A stretch of 22,935 nt of DNA from Gemmatimonadota bacterium (lineage in GTDB: Bacteria > Gemmatimonadota > Gemmatimonadetes > Gemmatimonadales > GWC2-71-9). The notes below the pieces were generated by a model that worked only from the letters and a program-made list of their open reading frames with translations, did not search any database and was not told the origin of the DNA. The stretch covers positions 1 through 22,935 of the forward strand of contig JBDHKN010000072.1 in assembly GCA_039586365.1 (NCBI GenBank), read 5' to 3'. The stretch's first letter is position 1. The number at the start of each line of letters is the position of its first letter. Shown piece by piece: positions 7,396 through 17,415 of the stretch. The translations under genes and the position numbers were made by a program.

Positions 7396-8616
7396 ATGAG
7401 TGGAGAAACCCACATAACCATGTGGACCTATCCTTGGGATATCAAGGATGAGGGAATCGAGAAGGTGGTCAGATTCGCCAAATCCGACTTGGGCTTGACG
7501 TCTCTAAGCGTTACTGCCCTCTATCATAGCGGTAAGTTCCTTCTGCCTCGCAACCCCAGGCGAAGGGTCTACTTCCCGGAACCTGGCGCTGCCTACTTTC
7601 GGCCCAATCCCGAACTCTACGAGGGCTTGAGACTACAACCCCTTGTGAGCAGCCTCGTTCAAGAGGGGGATTTCTACCCTCTCATCCGCGAGGCGTGTCA
7701 GAAGGTGAGCCTCAACTTCGAGGCTTGGGTCTTGGCCTTCCACAACTCCGGGCTGGGGTGGCAACACCCCGAATGCTGTCAACGAAACGCCTACGGAGAC
7801 ATATACCCGTATGCGCTGTGTCCTTCTAACCCCCATTGTCAGGAATACCTCAAGGCCCTGGTGACTGACCTGGTAACTAACTATCAACCTGATACGGTGA
7901 GCGTGGAATCACCCAACTACATCGGCTATCTGCATGGTATGCATCATGAGGCTACCCCCACCAACTACGGCGAACTGGAGGTCTTCCTGCTCTCCCTTTG
8001 CTTCTGCGACAGTTGCCGGGACATGGCCCAGGAAGCAGGAATCGAGGTCGATGATCTCCAACATTGGATCAGGGAGAGCCTGGATGGCCGCTTGAACGAG
8101 GATTCGTTCTCCCAGGAGTGGATGAAGAAGAACATGGAAGATGTCTACGGCCTTCTCATGTATAGGTCTGACCTGATGGACTTCGTCCGTGCCCGACAAA
8201 GGGTGGTGATCTCCATAATGCGGGATTTGAAGGCGATATGTGAGAAAGCAGGTGCGAAACTCTTTACCATCGCTTCCATCTTCTCTCGACCCTCCAATCG
8301 ATCCTGGACCGAGGGCACGCATCTGCCAGAGCTAGCGGACCTGGTGGATGGATTAGCCATCCTCTGCTACTATCCTACCCCGACCGAGGTGTATGATGAT
8401 CTCCGCTTCGCGGTCTCGGTGGTGCCCGACAAGGAGAAGTTGATGGTGGGCCTCATGGCCTCTATGCCCACGGCTTCCTCCAAAGGGGTGCTTCTGGGCC
8501 AAGTCTCAGCAGCGAAGGCTTTAGGCATATCCAAGTTTGGTTTCTACAACTATGGTTTCATAGACAGTCTTCGGCTGCCCTGGGTAGCCGAGGCGGTGAG
8601 ATTGATCAAGGGGTAG
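7396..8616 (+). CDS. Conserved hypothetical protein, probable glycoside-hydrolase-like TIM barrel with a Cys cluster, ~406 aa
   Basis: Strong SD AGGAGGAG before ATG 7396; tightly packed in the operon; YPWD, YHSG..L.PRNP...YFP, LCPSNP and LCFCDSC motifs; no signal peptide. The fold is inferred. Confidence 0.8.
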   Translation: MSGETHITMWTYPWDIKDEGIEKVVRFAKSDLGLTSLSVTALYHSGKFLLPRNPRRRVYFPEPGAAYFRPNPELYEGLRLQPLVSSLVQEGDFYPLIREACQKVSLNFEAWVLAFHNSGLGWQHPECCQRNAYGDIYPYALCPSNPHCQEYLKALVTDLVTNYQPDTVSVESPNYIGYLHGMHHEATPTNYGELEVFLLSLCFCDSCRDMAQEAGIEVDDLQHWIRESLDGRLNEDSFSQEWMKKNMEDVYGLLMYRSDLMDFVRARQRVVISIMRDLKAICEKAGAKLFTIASIFSRPSNRSWTEGTHLPELADLVDGLAILCYYPTPTEVYDDLRFAVSVVPDKEKLMVGLMASMPTASSKGVLLGQVSAAKALGISKFGFYNYGFIDSLRLPWVAEAVRLIKG

Positions 8617-8624
8617 GAGAGACG

Positions 8625-9431
8625 ATGGTTGAAGAGAAGAGTATTCTGCTGGGGGAGATGACGTGGCAGGAGATCAAGAAAGCGATCGGCCCGGGGACGG
8701 TGGTGGTGTTGCCCGTGGGCTCCACAGAGCAACACGGACCTCACATGCCGTTGAAGACCGATCACTATTTCGTCTATGAGATCGCCAAGCGAGCAGCATT
8801 GAAGGCCAGCGAGACGACCCGGGTGCTGGTCGCCCCGGTCTTGGCTTTCGGTTGTTCAGGTGTCCATATCGATTTCCCGGGGACCATCTCTATAGGTCAT
8901 CAGACCTACATCGCATTGATAGAAGAACTTGGAGAGAGCATTCTCAAGCATGGTTTTGAGAAGCTTCTTATCCTAAACGGTCACGGGGGCAACTTTGGAG
9001 CCTTGGTAGTAGCAGCCAAAGACCTCTACGATTCCACAGCTGCTACTATCGCTGTGGCCTGCTACTGGCATTTAGCAGCCAAGGAGATAGCGGCCCTTCG
9101 GGAGTCTCCCCCCGGGGGGATATCTCACTCTGGAGAAATGGAGACCTCGTGTATGCTATTCCTAGAGCCCTCGGCTGTTCGGTGGGAGAAGGTCAGGAAG
9201 TCTATCCCGAAGTGGAAGAGCCGCTATGTACTAGACGACCTTCTAGGAGGGGGACAAGTGGTCCCAGCCCTTCATGTGGCCGACTACAGCCCCACTGGGG
9301 TGATAGGCGATCCGACCATTGCTACTCGAGAGAAGGGGGAGGGGTTCTTGCAGGCCATCGTGAGTGGAGTGGCTGCTTTCATCGTTGATTTCGCCGGATG
9401 GGATGCGGGGCAGATGTGCTCCTTTGAATAG
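8625..9431 (+). CDS. Creatininase-family amidohydrolase
   Basis: EMTW, PVGSTEQHGPHMPLKTD, FPGTIS, NGHGGN, HSGEMETS, GVIGDP...AT.EKG. Confidence 0.93.
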   Translation: MVEEKSILLGEMTWQEIKKAIGPGTVVVLPVGSTEQHGPHMPLKTDHYFVYEIAKRAALKASETTRVLVAPVLAFGCSGVHIDFPGTISIGHQTYIALIEELGESILKHGFEKLLILNGHGGNFGALVVAAKDLYDSTAATIAVACYWHLAAKEIAALRESPPGGISHSGEMETSCMLFLEPSAVRWEKVRKSIPKWKSRYVLDDLLGGGQVVPALHVADYSPTGVIGDPTIATREKGEGFLQAIVSGVAAFIVDFAGWDAGQMCSFE

Positions 9432-9685
9432 CGACTCTCACCATGCGCGATGAGGCGCACACGTAGTGAAGAGGGCCGGGGAATCACCCAACTGCATTGT
9501 TCCGTTGTCCGGCCTCCGGATCCTGGATCGGATCATGCGCCCTCAGTCTGTGCACCCAAGGGCGCCTTGAGGGATGGGGGGGTAGACCTACCCCATCATA
9601 AGAGCTTCACCTCAGTCCACGCCTTCTGGAAACGCCGCCCCGAAGCGGCGAGGTGAGGCTCAATGACATAGAGGAGGTGACTTCC

Positions 9686-10975
<1,290 letters not shown>

Positions 10976-10998
10976 GGATCAGAGGGAGGGAAAGGCCC

Positions 10999-11889
10999 GT
11001 GATCGTCGATACCCATACCCATACCCCGCAATACAGAGACGAGATACTGGAAGAGGAGATCCAGTACAACACCGTTTGGCGTCCGGATAGGGCAGTCAAG
11101 GTGCCCGTCAACTGGGAAGAGTACTTGAAGGCCATGGAGCCAGTGGACAAGGCCATCGTCTTTGGGATCGCTGAACTCGATGAAGAGCCTGAGGGGCGGC
11201 TTGCTGATCCGTTGCGCGAGCAAGGCCGTTGGAAGGGTAATGTTAACGATATGACCGCGGAGTTTGTGCGGGCCGATCCACACAAACTGATAGGCTACAT
11301 GTCGGTCCACCCCAGAGACGGGGACTGCTTGGATGAGATCGACAGGTGCGTGTCCGATTTGGGATTAAAAGGGTTGAAGCTGGGCCCTAACTACCAGAAT
11401 TTCGAGCCGTGCGGCGATGAAGCCTTCCTGGTGTACGCGCGGGCCCAGGAGTTGTCGCTGCCGATAGTATTCCACACAGGCACCTCTCCTAGGAGGTATG
11501 CCGCTCTGGACTACGCCCATCCCCGCCATTTCGATCGAATTGCGATCGCCTTCCCCGATGTGAAGATGGTCCTGGCTCACATGGCGCATCCTTGGCAAAC
11601 CACCGCCATCGCGGTGATAAGGAAACACCCAAACCTCTACGCCGATGTCTCTGCCCTCTTCTATCGACCTTGGTCCTTCTATAACTGCATGAGGCTAGCG
11701 GAGGAGTGGGGGGTATTGCACAAATTGCTCTTCGCAACCGACTACCCGGCCTCCACCCCGCAAGAGACCATCGAGGCCCTGCGGGCGCCCAACCGAGCTA
11801 TCGAGGGGACGAACCTGCCTCGGATATCGGAGGCGGCTATGGAGGAGATAATCAACCGGGATGCCTTGAGCTTGCTGGGGCTTGGCTGA
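10999..11889 (+). CDS. Amidohydrolase family protein (Amidohydro_2 metal-dependent TIM barrel), ~296 aa
   Basis: SD GGGAGG before GTG 10999; IVDTHTH (HxH), GLKL, FHTG, LAHM, NLYADVS, LLFATDYP. Confidence 0.9.
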   Translation: MIVDTHTHTPQYRDEILEEEIQYNTVWRPDRAVKVPVNWEEYLKAMEPVDKAIVFGIAELDEEPEGRLADPLREQGRWKGNVNDMTAEFVRADPHKLIGYMSVHPRDGDCLDEIDRCVSDLGLKGLKLGPNYQNFEPCGDEAFLVYARAQELSLPIVFHTGTSPRRYAALDYAHPRHFDRIAIAFPDVKMVLAHMAHPWQTTAIAVIRKHPNLYADVSALFYRPWSFYNCMRLAEEWGVLHKLLFATDYPASTPQETIEALRAPNRAIEGTNLPRISEAAMEEIINRDALSLLGLG

Positions 11890-11956
11890 GCTATTGCTCA
11901 ATCTGATCGCTCGAGAGGGCTAGCCGGATTGGGGCCCGCAAAGGAGGATACTGCAT

Positions 11957-12961
11957 ATGGACCGGGTGAGAACGGCAGTGATCGGAATCGGCAGTTTTGG
12001 CGAACTGCACGCCCGAGCGTATGTGCATAGCCCAATGGCAGACCTCGTGGCGGTAGTCACGACCACCGAGGCTCGAGCGCGCGAAGTAGGAGAAAAGCTG
12101 GGAGTGCACTGGTACACCGATTTCCGGGAGATGCTGGGGATGGAAGATGTGGACGCTGTCTCCATCTCCAATCGAGACGCCGATCACAGGGAACCAGCCA
12201 TCGCCTGCGCTCGGGCGGGGAAGCATATCTTGTTAGAGAAGCCCATGGCCCCCACTGTCGAGGAGGCGGTTGCCATCATCGACGTGGTGGACGAAGCAGG
12301 GGTCAAGATGATGGTGAACTTCATAAACCGCTTTGCGCCGAATTACGTGGGTGCTTACGAGGCCATTCAGAGGGGAGAGATAGGAGAGGTCATATCAGTA
12401 TTCAGCCGCAGGAACGGAAGTAGGTGGGCGATGGAGAACTACGGCAAGTGGACTGACATTCTCATGTCGACAGGTATCCACGAGATCGACCTTATTACTT
12501 GGTATGCCGACTCCCCGGTGAAAAGAGTCTATGGTGAGTCAGCAAGATTCTCGGTGCCTCAGGAGCAGGAGGACAACGTATTCATGTCTCTCTTGAGAAT
12601 GGAGAACGGAACCATAGGGAATCTGGAAACCAGTTGGTCCCTTCCTGCAACTCATCCCACCTATCTGGAATTCCGGACCGATATCGTGGGCACCAAAGGG
12701 ATCATCTCCATGAACAACTCCAACAGAGGGATGGTTGTCTCGACCGCGGAGGAATGTACCTACCCGGACATATCGCTCTGGCCGGTTCAACGAGGGCGGG
12801 TGGGAGGAGCTCTCCGAGAGGCGATTGCTCACTTTCTGGAATGCATCTTGGAGGATCGAGAGCCCATAGTGGGCAGTGCGGAAGGGCGTCACTCGCTGGA
12901 AGTGGTCATGGCTATCAAGGAATCATGCCGCTCAGGGAAACCGATAGAGGTGAATCGCTGA
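11957..12961 (+). CDS. Gfo/Idh/MocA family NAD(P)-dependent oxidoreductase
   Basis: SD AGGAGG; Rossmann motif VIGIGSFG; AGKHILLEKPMA; catalytic region STGIHEID. Confidence 0.93.
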   Translation: MDRVRTAVIGIGSFGELHARAYVHSPMADLVAVVTTTEARAREVGEKLGVHWYTDFREMLGMEDVDAVSISNRDADHREPAIACARAGKHILLEKPMAPTVEEAVAIIDVVDEAGVKMMVNFINRFAPNYVGAYEAIQRGEIGEVISVFSRRNGSRWAMENYGKWTDILMSTGIHEIDLITWYADSPVKRVYGESARFSVPQEQEDNVFMSLLRMENGTIGNLETSWSLPATHPTYLEFRTDIVGTKGIISMNNSNRGMVVSTAEECTYPDISLWPVQRGRVGGALREAIAHFLECILEDREPIVGSAEGRHSLEVVMAIKESCRSGKPIEVNR

Positions 12962-13359
12962 TGAAGAATCTAGTAAACTCGTCTGAAGAATCCGATAGGA
13001 CCGGAACATTCATTTCGCCGGCGATGGTGGGTGGCGATTTCGTCTTTACATCAGGTCATGTCGGCTGGGACCCAGAAAACCGCAAGGCGCCGCCCACGAT
13101 CGAGGCGCAGACGGCACAGACGATTGAGAACTTGAAGGCTGTGCTAGAAGCTTCGGGCAGCTCGCTGACTGACGTCGTCAAGGTGAACGTCTACCTCGTT
13201 AACATCGATGACTTCGATGCCATGAACCAGGTATACCGTCGGTACTTTGCCGACAACGCGCCTGCACGCACCACTGTCGGTGTCGCTGCACTGGCGCGTT
13301 CCGACCTGCTGATTGAGATCGACATGGTCGCCTTGCTGCCCGAAGCGGGGGTGTTATGA
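12961..13359 (+). CDS. RidA/YjgF/UK114 family enamine/imine deaminase, 132 aa
   Basis: FTSG, EAQTAQTIENLKAVLEASGSSLTDVVKVNVYL, MNQVY, PART (catalytic Arg), LIEID. ATG overlaps the upstream TGA (TGATG). Confidence 0.92.
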   Translation: MKNLVNSSEESDRTGTFISPAMVGGDFVFTSGHVGWDPENRKAPPTIEAQTAQTIENLKAVLEASGSSLTDVVKVNVYLVNIDDFDAMNQVYRRYFADNAPARTTVGVAALARSDLLIEIDMVALLPEAGVL

Positions 13360-13862
13360 CCACGACGTGATCCTTCGGGTCTTACAGTAAGCGTCGTGCA
13401 GAGGCGTCCCTACACTCGTGATGATCTGTCTGCGGGCTTACGCGACACACGTTCCGAGGCAGCCCAAACGGGATGCATTGTCCCGGAGACGGAAGACCCA
13501 AGCCGGGAGTGGAGAGCATCAGGGAGTGAGCACATACATGTAGTCATCGGCGGCATGGTGCATGACGCGCGCGCCTTGTCTAGAGTGCCTGGCATCTCGA
13601 ACTCCTGCTGGACGAACCATTCGCTTTCCACCAAGGGAGGCGATCCTGGCGTTTCCGAGGGCGAAGGGCTCTCGAAGGAGGAGATCTTGATGTCCTCAAG
13701 AGAGGCCGGTAGTTGAATCAATTCTTGTGGGGAGCGGAGCGGCCCTTGGGGTGGGCAATGGGCAGATTGAGCTAAGCAGGAGAGCAACTGCTCTTGGGCT
13801 CCAGAGAACCCGCTTAGAGATTGGGCCCAGGACGTTGGAGATGCTAGCTCTCAGCGTGGGTC

Positions 13863-15161
13863 ATGGCAGAGGAAGAGGTCAGACGATTGGCGAATCTGTC
13901 AGAACTCGTTCCGAAGGAACTGGCTGACCTCCAACTCGAACGGTTGAAGTGGAGTGTGAGTCACGCCTACGAGAACTCGTGTCTGTACACTGAGAAGTTG
14001 GACGCCGCTGGCGTGAAGCCTGAAGACATCCGCACACTGGACGACGTGAGGAGGCTGCCCTTCACGGACAAGGGAGAGCTGCGGAAGGACTATCCCTTTG
14101 GCTGGCGTGCAGTTCCCCTCGAAGACATAGTTCGCATTCATGCCTCGTCGGGGACGACGGGAAAGAAGACGGTGGTGTACTACACCCAGAAGGACATCGA
14201 CGACTGGGCCGACATGTTTGCCCGGTGCTATGGGATGGCAGGGGTGATGAAGAACGACAGGGTACAGATCACCCCTGGCTATGGGCTGTGGACGGCTGGG
14301 ATAGGCTTCCAGCTGGGCGCTGAGCGGCTGGGGGCGATGGCGGTCCCCGTGGGACCAGGCAACACGGCACAGCAACTGGAGTTGATGCAGGATTTTCAGA
14401 CCACGGTGATCACTGGCACGTCCTCGTATGGGTTGGCGATGGCCGAAGCCATTGCCGCGGAAGGTTTGGGGCCGAAGTTGAGATTGAGGATAGGGATCTT
14501 CGGATCAGAGCGGTGGAGCAAGCAGATGCGAGCTCGCATTGAAGAGGCTATGGGTGTGGAGACCTTCGACATCATAGGCATGACGGAGTTATACGGCCCA
14601 GGCACGGGGATCGACTGCCGCTTCCACGAAGGGATTCACTTCTGGGGCGACTACTTCTTGTTTGAGATAGTGGATCCTGCAACCGGGGAGCCGGTACCCC
14701 ATGGTGAGAGTGGAGAGATCGTCGCCACGACTTTGGCTAAGGAAGCCATGCCTCTCTTGAGATACCGCACTAGAGACGTCTCGCGGCTAATCCCCGAGCC
14801 CTGCAAGTGTGGCAGCGAGCACCCCAGGATAGACAGGATTCTGGGCCGTACCGACGACATGTTCAAGATCCACGGGGTGAATATCTATCCAGGTCAGATA
14901 GACAACCTTCTGTCACAGACCGACGGCGTCAGCAGCGAGTATCAGATCGTGCTGGAGAGGGTACGCGGTCGGGACAGTATGTTGATCAGAGTGGAGAGGG
15001 ACCCGGAGACCGACCTGCCTGAGCAGGACGTAGCGCGTGACCTGCGGAGCAAGATCAAGACGCAGATAGGGGTCACGGTGGACGTTGAACTGTTGGACTA
15101 TCGTAGTCTGCCGAGGAGCGAGAAGAAGACCAAGAGAGTGTTCGACAGCCGTGCTCTGTAG
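13863..15161 (+). CDS. paaK: Phenylacetate--CoA ligase family protein (AMP-forming, PaaK-like)
   Basis: LPFTDK, RIHASSGTTGK, GYGLWTAG, FGSERWS, GMTELYGPG, LLRYRTRD, GRTDDMFKIHGVNIYP, KTKRVFD. The substrate is not proven. Confidence 0.88.
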   Translation: MAEEEVRRLANLSELVPKELADLQLERLKWSVSHAYENSCLYTEKLDAAGVKPEDIRTLDDVRRLPFTDKGELRKDYPFGWRAVPLEDIVRIHASSGTTGKKTVVYYTQKDIDDWADMFARCYGMAGVMKNDRVQITPGYGLWTAGIGFQLGAERLGAMAVPVGPGNTAQQLELMQDFQTTVITGTSSYGLAMAEAIAAEGLGPKLRLRIGIFGSERWSKQMRARIEEAMGVETFDIIGMTELYGPGTGIDCRFHEGIHFWGDYFLFEIVDPATGEPVPHGESGEIVATTLAKEAMPLLRYRTRDVSRLIPEPCKCGSEHPRIDRILGRTDDMFKIHGVNIYPGQIDNLLSQTDGVSSEYQIVLERVRGRDSMLIRVERDPETDLPEQDVARDLRSKIKTQIGVTVDVELLDYRSLPRSEKKTKRVFDSRAL

Positions 15162-15213
15162 GCTGGCACGTTGCTGGAGCTGGCGGGGGAATAGGCGTAA
15201 GGATATCTTGATG

Positions 15214-15236
15214 GCGGCGCGGACCGTTCGCGCCGC
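15214..15236 (+). other. GC-rich hairpin between the paaK-like gene and the acyl-CoA synthetase gene
   Basis: GCGGCGCGGA, loop CCG, TTCGCGCCGC (10 bp with one G-U pair); no U tract. Confidence 0.4.
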
Positions 15237-15366
15237 TCAGTGAACATGTCTGTGCCAACAACGGTGGAGCTGTTCAGCAAAGGTTGCCTGATACGCGCGT
15301 GGTTTGCCCACCCAGGAAGGAATTTGCAGAGGCAGGACGGAAGTCACGGTAGAGCATTCTCTGACA

Positions 15367-17415
15367 ATGAGCGAGAGGTCGAACGTGTACCACAAGTACG
15401 GTTTCCTGAGCCCTCGGAGCCAGATAGCCCACAGCGGCGATGAAGCGGCGGCGTTAGCTACGGCAATCGGTTTCCCAGTTGTGCTGAAGGTGGTGTCTCC
15501 GGACATCGTGCACAAAACCGATGTCGGAGGCGTTGCGCTCGGACTCGATTCCCCGGAGGCTGTCAGAGCAGCCTACGCCCGAATGATAGCTGCCGTCCGG
15601 GACAAGGCTCCGGAGGCTCGGATCGACGGGATCAGAGTCGAGGAGATGTGCCAAGAAGGGGTGGAGATCATCATTGGGCTCATCAATGATGGACAGTTCG
15701 GACCCTCGGTAATGGTGGGGATGGGCGGCATTTTCACGGAGGTGCTTCACGATGTGAGTTTCCGCGTGCTGCCCATCTCCAGAGATGACGCCAGGGCCAT
15801 GATAGGGGAGCTCAGAGGGCACGTCTTACTGGAGGGGTATCGGGGTCAGCCTGCTGTGTCCAGGGAGATGCTGTTGGATCTCCTGATGAAGGCCAGTGTC
15901 ATGGGCCTGGACTTGGCCGACAGGCTGGGCTATGTGGATTTCAACCCCATACTTGTTTGGGACGACCAGCACAGGGTCCTGGATGCCAAGATTTCGCTGC
16001 GCTCTGAGAGGGTCCCTCTCACCCACAGGGAGCCTGATACTTCACACCTTGACACCTTCTTCGGTGCCAAGTCTGTGGCCCTCGTCGGGGCGTCCGCCAC
16101 GCCGGGAAAGATAGGGAACGCCGTGCTGGATAGCCTCTCCAAACACGACTACCGGGGGAGGGTCTACCCCGTGAACCCCACCAGACGGGAGATAATGGGC
16201 CTGAAGGCTTACCGGTCTCTGTCCAGCATACAAGATGATGTCGATTTGGTGGTTGTCACGGTGGCCCTGGCCAAGGTCCCCGACATCATCCGGGAGTGTG
16301 CTACCAAGGCGGTGCATAACATGGTCATAGTCTCAGGGGGCGGTAAGGAGCTGGGCGGCGAGGGCGAGGAGATCGAGGCCACCATCAAGCGGTTGGCTGA
16401 AGAGAGCGATGTGCGGGTCATCGGGCCCAACTGCATTGGTGTCTTCGATGGTGGTGCGCGCCTGGATACGTTCTTCCAAGTCCACGAAAGGATGACGCGT
16501 CCCAGCAAAGGCTCCATCGGCGTGCTTACCCAGTCGGGAACCGTAGGTGCGGCCTTCTTGGAGGCGATGTCGGACGTGGGCATCAGCAAGTTCATCAGCT
16601 ATGGCAACCGCGCAGATGTCGATGAGGCTGATATCGTGGCGTATTTGGGGGACGACCCGGGGACGAAGGTCATTGTCTGTTACGTGGAAGGTCTTGGCGA
16701 TGGGCGTAAGTTCATCTTCACCGCCCGCGAGGTGGCCGAGAGGAAACCGGTGGTAATCTTCAAAGCTGCGAGAACGCACCAGGCCGCGCGAGCCTCTATC
16801 TCCCACACTGGTTTCTTCGGGGGGACCTACGAGGTCTGCCGCGGCGCTTTCAAGCAGGCGGGATTGATAGCCGTGGATAGTCTCGAGGAGCTATGTGCTG
16901 TGGCCAAGGCTTTGGCCTTGCAGCCTCCAGCCATGGGCCTTCGCGTGGGCATGATCAGCAATGGCGCTGGGACTGTGGTGCAGGCCATTGACTTCCTGCC
17001 AGAATACGGGCTGGAGCTGATCCCTCTGGCCGCTGGCTCGGTCGAGAGGTTGAGACAGGTCTTCCCGCCGTACTTCCTAGTCCAGAATCCTATTGACGTG
17101 ACGGGTTCAGCGACGAGTGCCGAGTATGAGATCGGCATAGACGTGCTCCTTGATGACCCTCACGTAGACATCATCATGCCCTGGTTCGTCTTTCAGGACA
17201 CACCTCTGGATGAGGGGATCGTAAGGGTACTGGGCGCCTGCTGCAAGCGGCGACGGAAGCCTATCCTCGCTGGTGCAATGGGAGGGGATTATACGCAAAG
17301 GATGTCCAGACTCATAGAGGGCGAAGGCGTGCCGGTCTATCACTCAGTTCGTGACTGGGTATCGGCTGCCAAGGGACTTGCACATGGAAGAAAATCGAAG
17401 GAGGTCCGCAGATGA
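15367..17415 (+). CDS. ADP-forming acyl-CoA synthetase with fused beta (ATP-grasp) and alpha (CoA-binding) domains
   Basis: N-terminal GFPVVLKVVSPDIVHKTDVGGV, FGP.VMVGMGG, DFNP..VLDAK; then KSVALVGAS..PGKIG, YPVNP, RVIGPNCIG, QSG, GNRADVDE, SHTG (phospho-His), NPIDVTG. The start is uncertain (TTG 15304 or ATG 15367; no clear SD). Confidence 0.9.
   Translation: MSERSNVYHKYGFLSPRSQIAHSGDEAAALATAIGFPVVLKVVSPDIVHKTDVGGVALGLDSPEAVRAAYARMIAAVRDKAPEARIDGIRVEEMCQEGVEIIIGLINDGQFGPSVMVGMGGIFTEVLHDVSFRVLPISRDDARAMIGELRGHVLLEGYRGQPAVSREMLLDLLMKASVMGLDLADRLGYVDFNPILVWDDQHRVLDAKISLRSERVPLTHREPDTSHLDTFFGAKSVALVGASATPGKIGNAVLDSLSKHDYRGRVYPVNPTRREIMGLKAYRSLSSIQDDVDLVVVTVALAKVPDIIRECATKAVHNMVIVSGGGKELGGEGEEIEATIKRLAEESDVRVIGPNCIGVFDGGARLDTFFQVHERMTRPSKGSIGVLTQSGTVGAAFLEAMSDVGISKFISYGNRADVDEADIVAYLGDDPGTKVIVCYVEGLGDGRKFIFTAREVAERKPVVIFKAARTHQAARASISHTGFFGGTYEVCRGAFKQAGLIAVDSLEELCAVAKALALQPPAMGLRVGMISNGAGTVVQAIDFLPEYGLELIPLAAGSVERLRQVFPPYFLVQNPIDVTGSATSAEYEIGIDVLLDDPHVDIIMPWFVFQDTPLDEGIVRVLGACCKRRRKPILAGAMGGDYTQRMSRLIEGEGVPVYHSVRDWVSAAKGLAHGRKSKEVRR

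Noticed and set aside
8625..9431. Mycofactocin MftE or a RiPP cluster
   Set aside because: There is no precursor peptide, radical SAM or RRE protein in the window.
13396..13716. 106-aa ORF as a real gene (B12-binding or MBL-fold remnant)
   Set aside because: The VVIGG patch is compatible with several families; there is no SD and no further motif support.
15304..15366. Frameshifted N-terminus of the acyl-CoA synthetase (EAGRKS in another frame)
   Set aside because: The match is too short to call a frameshift; an in-frame ATG at 15367 exists and all catalytic motifs are intact.
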